Source of the DNA: Acidobacteriota bacterium
GTDB taxonomy: Bacteria > Acidobacteriota > UBA6911 > RPQK01 > JAJDTT01
DNA length: 64,000 nucleotides
Direction of reading: 5' to 3'
NCBI GenBank assembly: GCA_965217775.1
Contig: CBDCJH010000002.1
Coordinates: 5,440,001 to 5,504,000 of the forward strand
The notes beneath the pieces were generated by a model, which had not been told where the DNA came from, made no database searches, and worked only from the letters and a program-made list of their open reading frames with translations. A program made the position numbers and the translations under genes. Below are positions 55,680-64,000 of the stretch, piece after piece. Position 1 is the stretch's first letter; the number at the start of each line of letters is the position of its first letter.

Positions 55680-58460
55680 CTAGAAACTGCTCCCCCACGT
55701 GTAGTTGAGGCGGGCGTAGTAGTAGCCGCCGCTCAGGCCCCAGGGGGTGAACTGGCTGTAGGGGAGTCCGAAAATATCGGCGAAGAGGTCCATCCGCTGG
55801 GAGAAGGTGTTCAGGACGTTCTGGCCGCCGAACGCCAGCGTCACTTTTTCTCCCAACCTGATGCTCGCTTCCAGGTCGACGATGTAGCGGCCTTCCAGAA
55901 GGGGTGAGTCGGCGCCGCGGACGAACCGGGCGTCGAAATGGTCGACCCATGAGCCGAAGTAGTTCAACCGTCCCAGCAGGCCGACCCGGCCCACCCTCTG
56001 GTTGACGGCGGCGTTCCAGCGGATCCGGGGTACGCCGCGCTGCAGGCCGAGGACGTCTCCCGGGGTGAGTAGATCCGACTCTTCCGTCAGTTCCGTGTGG
56101 GTGTAGTTCATGGCGAAACTGAACACCGTGTTGCCGGCCAGCCCGGATGGGGTGTAGGTCGAGACCAGGTCGATTCCCTGGTTCCGGCTCGAGAAGTCGT
56201 TGATGAAGAACCGGAAGAAGGCCAGCGTGCCGGCGGAGGCGATTCCTTCCGAGATCAGCAGCGCGCGTTCGTCGTCCGTGAGGGTGAACGTCTGCGACAG
56301 GGCGAGGCGGTTGGAGAGGTCGACGCGGAAATAGTCGGCCGTCAGCGTGAACGGTCCGGTGTCGATCACCAGCCCGGCCGTGGTGTTGACGGAGGTCTCG
56401 GGCTCCAGTGGCTTGCCCCCCTTCAACTCCGCCGCCAGGAAGGTGGAGGGGACGTTGGCGCTGTCGACGAGTTGGAGTGTCTCCGGGTCGATGGTGGTCT
56501 GCACGTTGAGCGTGTTCTGCTGGCCGGGCGTCGGGGCGCGAAACCCGGTGCTGACCCCGCCCCGCACCGAGACCGTGTCGCTCAGCCCGAAACGGGCCGA
56601 GAGCTTGCCGTTGGTGGTGGAGCCGAAGAGATCGAAGTGCTCGAAGCGGAGCGCGCCGCCCACCGTCCACCGGTCCCCCGGGTCCCGCAACTCCAGGTCG
56701 CCGTAGAGTGCGACGTTGCTGCGATCCCAGTCACCGGCCGTATAGTCGGGAAATCCGGGGAAGCCGTTGGACCCGGAAACGAAGCCCTGCGCCGCGTATG
56801 GGCCTACCTCCCACGACGGACGGCCGCCGGCTCCGATCTCGAACTTCTCGTTGCGCCATTCGGTGCCGGCCGCGATGTTGACCATGTCGGTGGCGGCATA
56901 GGAGACGTCGAAGTTGAGGTTCACGTCCTCCTGACGGTAGAGGCCCGGATCGAATTCCCGCGGGGTTTCGGATCCGAGCGACGCGTTGACGGTGTTCTTG
57001 AAGAAGAAGTCCGACTCGTGGGCGCCGTAGCTGGCGCTGGCGTCCCAGTTCAGGCCGTTGGCCAGGATCCCCCGGACCCCGCCCACCACGGACATGTCGG
57101 TGACCACGCCGCCGAACTGGGGTGTGAACCCGCCCGGGGCGATCTCCCGGAAGGAGAAGCAGTTCGGGTCCTCGAACACCCGCGCCAGGGCGGCCTGGTC
57201 CGGCACGTTGTCGGTGATCCGCACGGTGGGGCAGTTGGCCGAACCGTCGACGACGCCGTCTCGCGCGTCCAGAACGTCTGCGATCATCAGCGTCTCGCCG
57301 CCGTCGAGGCTGTAGATGTTGGCCCGGTTGTTGGGATTCCGGAAATAGAAACCTTCCGTCACCTTCTTCTCGGCGTAGTTGGTGTGGCCGTAGAGCTGTG
57401 TGCCATTGGAGAACAGGTGGCCGAAGTTGCCGAAGAACTTCACGTCGCCTTCGATGGTCGGGTTGCCCCAGATCTGTGCCGGGTCGGCCACGGCGGTGTT
57501 GCCGGCCGCGATCAGGGCCGCCGCGTCGGCGCGCTGCACGCTGCGGTTCGTCGGGTCGGAGTTGCCGTACTCCAGGCTGAGGTTGGCGAACCCGGTCTCG
57601 CCCAGCGGCAGCCCCACGTTGCCGGCGATGGTGTACGAATCACCGTCGCCCGCATGGTAGGTGCCGGTGTTGAACTCCACGCTGCCTCCCTGCCGGGCGT
57701 CCTTGAGCAGGAAGTTGATGACGCCGGCGATGGCGTCCGAGCCGTACTGGGCCGAAGCGCCGTCCCGCAGCACCTCCACCTGGCGCAACGCGATGGAGGG
57801 GATGGTGGAGATGTCCGGACCCTGGGCTCCGTCCGTCACTCCGGCGAACCAGGCGATGACCGACGAGCGGTGACGGCGCTTGCCGTTCACCAGCACCAGC
57901 GTATGGTCGTGGGCAAGGTTGCGCAGGCTGGCCGGCCGCACCAGCGTGGCCGCGTCACTGATGGGATGCGTGGCCACGTTGAACGAAGGGACCAGTGTCC
58001 GCAACTGATAGTCGAGGGTGGTGGCGCCCTGGCTGATGACGTCCTGCAACGGGATGGCGTCGATGGGGACCGGAGATTTGGTCACCGACCGCGGTTGGGC
58101 GCGGCTCCCCACCACCACCAGTTCCGTCTCCAGGCGCGCTTGGAGGGTGATGGTGACCATACCCTCCGATTGGTCCACGGAGCCTTCGTCGACCTGAAAA
58201 TTCTCGGCCGTCACGATGACCCAGTGGGGTCCGGATCCGAGGCCGCAAAAGGTGGCGACACCCGAGTTTCCGGTCCTCTCCTCCCGTTCCCCGATGGTGA
58301 CGGTGGCGCCCTGAATCGCCGCGGATGAAGGGTCCAGGACACGAACCTCAAGGCATTGTTCTTCCTGCTTGCCGGTTTGTTGAGCGAATGCCGGCAACGT
58401 TACGACCGTTACGAATAGAATCGTCAAACTGGCCAGATGGACGAGACGATTGGATTCCAT
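55680..58460 (-). CDS. TonB-dependent receptor, paralog of 43362..46247
   Basis: Same plug motifs and QCLEVRVLDPS N-domain. ATG 58460 after GAGGAG. The ORF-track extension to 58781 overlaps the tRNA and is spurious. Confidence 0.92.
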   Translation of the reverse strand: MESNRLVHLASLTILFVTVVTLPAFAQQTGKQEEQCLEVRVLDPSSAAIQGATVTIGEREERTGNSGVATFCGLGSGPHWVIVTAENFQVDEGSVDQSEGMVTITLQARLETELVVVGSRAQPRSVTKSPVPIDAIPLQDVISQGATTLDYQLRTLVPSFNVATHPISDAATLVRPASLRNLAHDHTLVLVNGKRRHRSSVIAWFAGVTDGAQGPDISTIPSIALRQVEVLRDGASAQYGSDAIAGVINFLLKDARQGGSVEFNTGTYHAGDGDSYTIAGNVGLPLGETGFANLSLEYGNSDPTNRSVQRADAAALIAAGNTAVADPAQIWGNPTIEGDVKFFGNFGHLFSNGTQLYGHTNYAEKKVTEGFYFRNPNNRANIYSLDGGETLMIADVLDARDGVVDGSANCPTVRITDNVPDQAALARVFEDPNCFSFREIAPGGFTPQFGGVVTDMSVVGGVRGILANGLNWDASASYGAHESDFFFKNTVNASLGSETPREFDPGLYRQEDVNLNFDVSYAATDMVNIAAGTEWRNEKFEIGAGGRPSWEVGPYAAQGFVSGSNGFPGFPDYTAGDWDRSNVALYGDLELRDPGDRWTVGGALRFEHFDLFGSTTNGKLSARFGLSDTVSVRGGVSTGFRAPTPGQQNTLNVQTTIDPETLQLVDSANVPSTFLAAELKGGKPLEPETSVNTTAGLVIDTGPFTLTADYFRVDLSNRLALSQTFTLTDDERALLISEGIASAGTLAFFRFFINDFSSRNQGIDLVSTYTPSGLAGNTVFSFAMNYTHTELTEESDLLTPGDVLGLQRGVPRIRWNAAVNQRVGRVGLLGRLNYFGSWVDHFDARFVRGADSPLLEGRYIVDLEASIRLGEKVTLAFGGQNVLNTFSQRMDLFADIFGLPYSQFTPWGLSGGYYYARLNYTWGSSF

Positions 58461-58579
58461 CTTCAATTCTCCTCTCACTCCATGAGCATAGAACCTGAAT
58501 CTCCTACTTCGGTCGGAGAGCCGAAAAGGACGTGATTGTGGGTTGAAAAAAAACTGAATGGACGGGAGAGATGGGAATT

Positions 58580-58656
<77 letters not shown>

Positions 58657-58669
58657 ACAGAGACGAGAG

Positions 58670-58699
58670 ATCGTAGTTGAAGGCGGGAGAGTTTGTCAA
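58670..58699 (-). promoter_or_regulatory. sigma70 promoter of tRNA-fMet
   Basis: TTGACA-N18-TACGAT just upstream of the tRNA. Confidence 0.7.
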
Positions 58700-58737
58700 G
58701 CCCCCCGCTCACCTGGGTCATGGGACCGTCGCCTTGG

Positions 58738-59577
58738 TTATTGTTCTCCGGCGCCCTCCCCGGAAGCCTCTTCCTCAGCATCCTTGGCGCAACGGAAACC
58801 GGTCCCGTATTGGGCCTTGGCCGGGTATCCGCTACGGGTCATCAGCGTCATGCTGACCCCCTTGAAGGCGTAGGAGGAACCTCTCAGAGCGTAGAGCTTG
58901 TACCGGGATCTGAACGCGTCATTGTTGCGAGCCTTGCTCTTGGGGTATGGCCGGAGCCGGTCGCTGGTCCACTCCTGAACGTTGCCCATCATGTCATAGG
59001 CGCCGTAGCCGCTCTTGTCCGTCTCGAAAGTTCCGACGTCGACCGGGCGGTGGTAACTCGTGTCATTGGTATTGGACTTGCTCGGGTCGTAGGTATCGCC
59101 CCACGGGAAGGAGAGGTTCTCCGGTCCTCGGGCGGCCCGCTCCCACTCCGCCTCGGTGGGAAGGCGCCTCCCGGCCCACTCGCAGTAGGCCTTGGCGTCG
59201 TCCAGAGTCAGATTGGTGACCGGAACGTCCTCCTTCCCGATCGAGTACATGGGTCGCCAGTTGCTTTCGACCTTGGTGCCGCTCTCGGTCAGGAACCTGA
59301 TCCACTGGCCGTTGGTGACCTCATAGACGTCGATATGGTACGGCTTGTCCATGGTCACCTTGTGGGCCGGCGTTTCCAGACCCTGCGAATGCTTCGGGAC
59401 GTTGTCGGTTCCCATCATGAACTCCCCTGCCGGGATCAGCACCATGTCCCCCGGTTTGGGCTTGGGTGGGGGTAAGTCGACCGGAGCCGCAGGCTCCGGT
59501 GGGGGTGCCTCCGAGCAACTGAACTGGGCCAGTGACGCGATCAAGAGAGCGGCGGAGAACAGGATTCTGGGTGTCAT
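58738..59577 (-). CDS. FGE-sulfatase (SUMF1) domain lipoprotein
   Basis: IPAGEFMMG, YEVTN, RLPTEAEWERAARG, YDMMGNVQEW, GFRC. Confidence 0.88.
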   Translation of the reverse strand: MTPRILFSAALLIASLAQFSCSEAPPPEPAAPVDLPPPKPKPGDMVLIPAGEFMMGTDNVPKHSQGLETPAHKVTMDKPYHIDVYEVTNGQWIRFLTESGTKVESNWRPMYSIGKEDVPVTNLTLDDAKAYCEWAGRRLPTEAEWERAARGPENLSFPWGDTYDPSKSNTNDTSYHRPVDVGTFETDKSGYGAYDMMGNVQEWTSDRLRPYPKSKARNNDAFRSRYKLYALRGSSYAFKGVSMTLMTRSGYPAKAQYGTGFRCAKDAEEEASGEGAGEQ

Positions 59578-59647
59578 GGTGACCCATTTATAACACCCGC
59601 TTCGACGATAAGAAAGTTGCCGGCCAGCGAATCATCGGCACCGTCGG

Positions 59648-60970
59648 CTACGTGCCATAGGTCTTCCGAACCCACGACAGAGCCTCTTCCCGCGCGGTCA
59701 GAATCCCCTCCAGTTGGAGGTCTTCGGCTTGCTGGAGGATCTCCGAAAAAATGGGCCCCGGCGTCAGGCCCAGCGCGATCAGATCGTGCCCGTTGATGAG
59801 CGGAGGAGGGGTCAGGGCCTCCTGATCCAGTTCGCACAGTTTCTGCATGCAGAAGCAGTAGTTGGAAAGATCTCCGTGACTGGCCAGACAGTCCAGGCGA
59901 TGCAGCTCCAGGTGTTCGTCGAATCCTTCCGTTCGAAGCAAGCGCCGGAGCGTGCTCTCCCGCATCTGCCGGACGTGCATGAAGCGGAGATGGTCCTTGA
60001 CCAGACGGACCACCTGCTGAATCTGCGCACCCGAGAGCTTGAGCCGGCGGCAGGTATCTTCGGCCATCCGGGCCCCCAGTTCGGCATGCCCGTCGAATCG
60101 GATCCGCTCCCCGAAAGCAAAGGTGTCAGGCTTGCCCACGTCGTGAAGCAACACTCCCAGGGCCAGGGTCGGGCTCAGGTTTCGAGCCAGGGAGAACATG
60201 AGCCGCGTGTGCTGGAAAACGTCCCCTTCCGGATGAAACGCCGGCGGCTGCATCACGCCGTGCAGGGCGAAGACCTCCGGCAGGACGGCCTCCAGTACGC
60301 CCGAGTCCGACAACAGCGACAGGCCCCGCGCCGGCGCTGGACCGCCCAGAATTTTCAGGATCTCGTCCCGGATTCTCTCCCAACTGAGCTGGAAGAGCTC
60401 ATGAGCAAAGAGAGTCACGCCGTCGTAGGTGGGATCGTCGATTCGGAAGCCGAGCTGGCAGGCGAACCGGATCGCCCTGAGCACCCGGAGCTTGTCCTCT
60501 CCGAACGTCAGCCGGGGATCCCGGACGGTCCGGATCAGCTCCCGGTCCAGGTCCTGCCGTCCCTCGGTGAAGTCGATGATGTTCTCGGTGACCGGGTCCA
60601 GGAAGAGAGCATTGACGGTGAAGTCCCTCCGCAACGCGTCCTGCCGCGCGTCGGTGAACCGGACCCTTCCCGGATGTCTTCCGTCCGTGTAGCCGGACTC
60701 GGACCGAAAGGTGGCGATCTCATAGTTGTTGCCTCCGACCACGGCCACCACGACGCCGAAATCGCGTCCCACTCCGATGGTGCGAGGAAAGAGTCTCTCC
60801 ACGACGTCGGGAGCAGCCGCCGTTGCGATGTCGATCTCGGTAACGCGGTGGTTCAGGAGAAGGTCCCGGACGGCGCCTCCGGCGAAATAGACCTGAAAGC
60901 CTTCCGCCGCCAGAACCTTGCTGATGTGGAGAGCACCCTCCAGAAGGCGTGCCTCGATTCGTTCCAGCAC
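59648..60970 (-). CDS. cca: CCA tRNA nucleotidyltransferase with HD domain
   Basis: GGAVRD, DIDIAT-like, RRDFTVNA, EDKLRVLRAIRF, LLHDVGKP. Confidence 0.92.
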   Translation of the reverse strand: MLERIEARLLEGALHISKVLAAEGFQVYFAGGAVRDLLLNHRVTEIDIATAAAPDVVERLFPRTIGVGRDFGVVVAVVGGNNYEIATFRSESGYTDGRHPGRVRFTDARQDALRRDFTVNALFLDPVTENIIDFTEGRQDLDRELIRTVRDPRLTFGEDKLRVLRAIRFACQLGFRIDDPTYDGVTLFAHELFQLSWERIRDEILKILGGPAPARGLSLLSDSGVLEAVLPEVFALHGVMQPPAFHPEGDVFQHTRLMFSLARNLSPTLALGVLLHDVGKPDTFAFGERIRFDGHAELGARMAEDTCRRLKLSGAQIQQVVRLVKDHLRFMHVRQMRESTLRRLLRTEGFDEHLELHRLDCLASHGDLSNYCFCMQKLCELDQEALTPPPLINGHDLIALGLTPGPIFSEILQQAEDLQLEGILTAREEALSWVRKTYGT

Positions 60971-61019
60971 TCGCCGCCCCTTCGACCAGATCTAAGAATG
61001 GAGGGGCCGGGTCCCTGAG

Positions 61020-61625
61020 TCAGGTTCGGATCGTGGCCCGGCCCGGACTTATTGTGACATCTTTGATGCCGTACGGCATGGTGAAGGGCTTCCGGGGATC
61101 GACCGGGAGTTGAGTCGCCTCGATGAGACGGTCCATGAGCGAGTCCAACAGCATGGCGGGGAAGGTGACGCCATCCAGACTCAATCCCACCAGACGGTAG
61201 CGTCCGCGCCCATCCTCCGCCTCCAGGATTCCGTCCACTTCCACCTGGTGGCGCCCGCCAAGGAGTGCCGTCAAAAGGCCGGCCTCGGGAGCCTTCCGGC
61301 TCGAGACCACCTTGCTGAGGTCGACGTCGGCCTGAACCAGCAGACGATCCTGGCGGAAGACCACCCTCACCGATTCGACCCCCTTGGGATTGTATTTCCG
61401 CAAGCGGAAGGCCAGAAACGCGTTGAGATCTTCTTCACCGAGGACGTAGGTCTCGGGACCCGACTCGGAAGACTTGGATTGCGTTTCCAGCCGCTGGAGG
61501 AGCTGCTCCACCCGGGCCGCCGCCTCGTTCGGACCCCCGAAGGCGCCTTCAGAACCACCGGCCAGGAATGCGGTCGAAAGTACGATCCCGGCGGCTCCGC
61601 GAAGAGTCCCGGCGATTCGCTTCAT
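61020..61625 (-). CDS. secreted hypothetical protein (tubular lipid-binding-like)
   Basis: Signal peptide, EEDLNAFL, ATGA overlap with thiI. Confidence 0.6.
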   Translation of the reverse strand: MKRIAGTLRGAAGIVLSTAFLAGGSEGAFGGPNEAAARVEQLLQRLETQSKSSESGPETYVLGEEDLNAFLAFRLRKYNPKGVESVRVVFRQDRLLVQADVDLSKVVSSRKAPEAGLLTALLGGRHQVEVDGILEAEDGRGRYRLVGLSLDGVTFPAMLLDSLMDRLIEATQLPVDPRKPFTMPYGIKDVTISPGRATIRT

Positions 61626-62839
61626 GACGGGCCGTTCCCGTGGCTGGGGATGGCCTCAGCCGCCGGCGATTCCGAGGGAAACGATTCGAAGATCTCCCGT
61701 TCGGTGCCTTCCAGTGCGGCCGCCACCAGCTCCTCCACGTCGAGAGCCGCCTCGATCTCCTCGATCGCCGCCGCTCGCGCGCGAGTCTCGGGGTGTTTGG
61801 GCACGAAAAGGGAACAGCAGTCCACGTCGGGCAATATGGAGACGGGAAAGGTCCCGATCCGCCTGGCCGTCTGAATGATCTCCTCCTTGTCGTCTCCCAC
61901 CAAGGGCCGGAGCACGGGCATGTCAACGGTACTGGAAATGACTGACAGGTTCGCCAGCGTCTGGGAGGCCACCTGACCGATGCTGTCACCGGTCACCAGG
62001 GCCAGCGCACCCTCCTTGCGGGCCAGCCTCTCGGCAATCCTCAGCATGAATCGCCGATAGAAGACCACCCGGGTCTCCGGGGGCGTCAGGGCGACGATCT
62101 GCCGCTGGGTGTGGGCGAACGGCACACGATAGAGGACGGACTGAAACTGGAACTGGTTCAACAATCTCACCAGCCGGCGAACCTTTTCCTGGGATTCCAG
62201 GTTGGTGAAGGGATAGCTGTGGAAATGGACGAAGATCACCGGGCAACCCCGTTTCATGATCTTGTAGGCGGCCACCGGGGAGTCGATTCCTCCTGAGATG
62301 AGCGCCACCACCCGTCCCGATGTGAAAACGGGAAGACCGCGGACACCTGGCAGCTTGGTGAAATAGAGGAAGGCGTACCGTTCCACGATGTCGATGTGGC
62401 AGGTCAGGTCCGGGGCGGTGAGGTTCACCCCTTTTCCCGAACGCTCGACCATATAGGATCCCAGAAGACGGTTCAGCTCGGGTGACGTCAACGGAAAGCT
62501 CTTCTGAGCGCGCCGGGCCTCGATCTTGAAGGTGCCAAACTCCCGATCCCGGACCAGCGTCCAGAGATTCCGCTCCAGATCCTCCAGAGATTGCCCCGAG
62601 AGCCACGCGGAAGCACAGGACGCCAGCCCAAAAACCTTCTGCAGACGTTGCCCGATCTGCTCATGTGGGGCGTCCTCGGGCACTTCGACCAGAATTCGGC
62701 CCGAGATCCGGCGGACCGACTTGTACGGATACCGTGCGAGAGCCTTGCGGATGTTCTCGCAAAGCCGCCTCTCGAAGAAGGCGCGATTCCCTTTCTTGAG
62801 GGCGACCTCATGGTAATGGCAGAGGAAGAAGCGGCGCAC
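61622..62839 (-). CDS. thiI: tRNA 4-thiouridine synthase ThiI (no rhodanese domain)
   Basis: EVALKKGNR, THUMP domain, LISGGIDSPVA, GQVASQTL.N, DCC. Confidence 0.94.
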   Translation of the reverse strand: MRRFFLCHYHEVALKKGNRAFFERRLCENIRKALARYPYKSVRRISGRILVEVPEDAPHEQIGQRLQKVFGLASCASAWLSGQSLEDLERNLWTLVRDREFGTFKIEARRAQKSFPLTSPELNRLLGSYMVERSGKGVNLTAPDLTCHIDIVERYAFLYFTKLPGVRGLPVFTSGRVVALISGGIDSPVAAYKIMKRGCPVIFVHFHSYPFTNLESQEKVRRLVRLLNQFQFQSVLYRVPFAHTQRQIVALTPPETRVVFYRRFMLRIAERLARKEGALALVTGDSIGQVASQTLANLSVISSTVDMPVLRPLVGDDKEEIIQTARRIGTFPVSILPDVDCCSLFVPKHPETRARAAAIEEIEAALDVEELVAAALEGTEREIFESFPSESPAAEAIPSHGNGPS

Positions 62840-63003
62840 CGCATCATTATAGAGGAGCGGCGATTTCCTAACCGCCGAACTCCGGTGGAACAATGTGGCG
62901 AGGCGGGAGCGGACGATTAATCAGCCGCCCCTGCAGTCGTCCACGCTGCCTCGGAATTTCGGCGCAAACGGCGTGGCCAACCGGGGTGCGGTAGAATCAC
63001 CGA

Positions 63004-63396
63004 ATGAATCGTCGCAACTGTCTTCTTGGTTTCCTGGGAATCGGGCTCTTCTCCGGCCGCGCTTCCCGTGCTGCCCATCACCAGCCGATCCAGCTTCACG
63101 TGGACCTGGAAGTGGACCCGGCCCGGGAAGGAGAGATGGTGGAGAACTTCCACAAGATCTTCCGCCCGGCCATCAGCAGCCAGCCCGGCTTCGTCGAGGT
63201 TCGCCTGATGAAACTGCGGCAAGCCCTGGCGGGTCCGGCTCCCGGCAACTTCAAGTACCGGCTCCTCATCAGTTTCAAGACCGAGGAGCAGCGCCAGACC
63301 TGGGTGGCCACGGACGAGCACCAGAGGGTCTGGCCCAGCATCGAGAAAACCCTCACCGGGACCAAGTACGGCGTCCTTCTCTACGACGTGGTCTGA
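63004..63396 (+). CDS. Tat-signal ABM-like ferredoxin-fold protein
   Basis: MNRRNCLLG leader, QPGFV, W....EHQRVW. Confidence 0.7.
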   Translation: MNRRNCLLGFLGIGLFSGRASRAAHHQPIQLHVDLEVDPAREGEMVENFHKIFRPAISSQPGFVEVRLMKLRQALAGPAPGNFKYRLLISFKTEEQRQTWVATDEHQRVWPSIEKTLTGTKYGVLLYDVV

Positions 63397-63450
63397 CGCT
63401 TCCTGCGAGTCATTTCCTGTCCTCTCTCGTGGATTGCGGCTCGGAAGCCG

Positions 63451-64000
63451 TCAGGTGACGACGTTCCTCGGACGGCCCTCGAGAAAGGCGATGACGTTGT
63501 CCACGACGCCCTGATTCAGGAGGTCGTAGCCTTCGGGGGTCTGGTCCGCGCTGTGCGGCGTCAGGACCACTTGCTCGCAGTCCAACAACGAGTCGTTCGC
63601 AGGCAGCGGCTCGGTGTCGTATACGTCCAGGCCGGCGCCTCCCAGATGCCCTGAGTTGAGGGATTCCACCAGCGCGGCCGAATCGACGATCGCTCCTCGC
63701 GCCGTGTTGACCAGCAGGTTCCCCGGCTTCATCAGCGACAGTTCCCGGGCGCCGATCAGATGATGGCTCTCGGGAGTCAGCTTGACGTGGATCGTCACCA
63801 CGTCCGACACTCGCAACAGCTCGTCCAACTCCAGAAAGCGGACACCCAGCCTTCGGCTTCGCTCGGCGGACGGATTGAACGTCCAAGCCACCACCTCCAT
63901 TCCCAACGCCCGGCAGAGCTCGATCATCTTGACTCCGATGGCGCCGGTCCCGATGATGCCGGCGGTCTTGCCCCGCAGGTAGACGTTGTTCCTGCCTATC
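63451..64000 (-). CDS. D-2-hydroxyacid (phosphoglycerate-type) dehydrogenase, 3' part
   Basis: LRGKTAGIIGTGAIG, VNTARGAIVD, GLDVY..EP, LTPH. Confidence 0.9.
   Translation of the reverse strand, partial: IGRNNVYLRGKTAGIIGTGAIGVKMIELCRALGMEVVAWTFNPSAERSRRLGVRFLELDELLRVSDVVTIHVKLTPESHHLIGARELSLMKPGNLLVNTARGAIVDSAALVESLNSGHLGGAGLDVYDTEPLPANDSLLDCEQVVLTPHSADQTPEGYDLLNQGVVDNVIAFLEGRPRNVVT

Overview
GC-rich bacterial chromosome segment. It is probably Acidobacteriota, inferred from an Acidobacterial-type VWA protein, an Oar-like TonB receptor and many lipoproteins. Housekeeping genes (E1 alpha/beta, hisJ-like PHP, apbC/mrp, cca, thiI, tRNA-fMet) are mixed with glycan, sulfate and solute scavenging genes (sulfatase, BNR protein, LamG-Ig protein, GH-like lipoproteins, SSS, GGT, three TonB receptors). 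The strongest directly visible signal is a series of disarmed defence and addiction modules. These are an HTH-fused amino-methyltransferase facing an Eco29kI-like nuclease with an amber codon in a conserved motif, a type I R-M operon collapsed to about 2 kb by internal deletions, and two TA loci whose toxins are reduced to about 12 codons while their operators remain. Other candidates for novelty are a ~245-nt structured intergenic RNA-like element, a PEGA domain fragment in frame behind an amber stop, a single-domain HPPD-like metalloenzyme and an M24 enzyme with swapped metal ligands. No CRISPR array, integrase, transposase or reverse transcriptase was seen. All calls come from reading motifs by eye and no database searches were run. 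I cannot prove a complete new system from this window alone.
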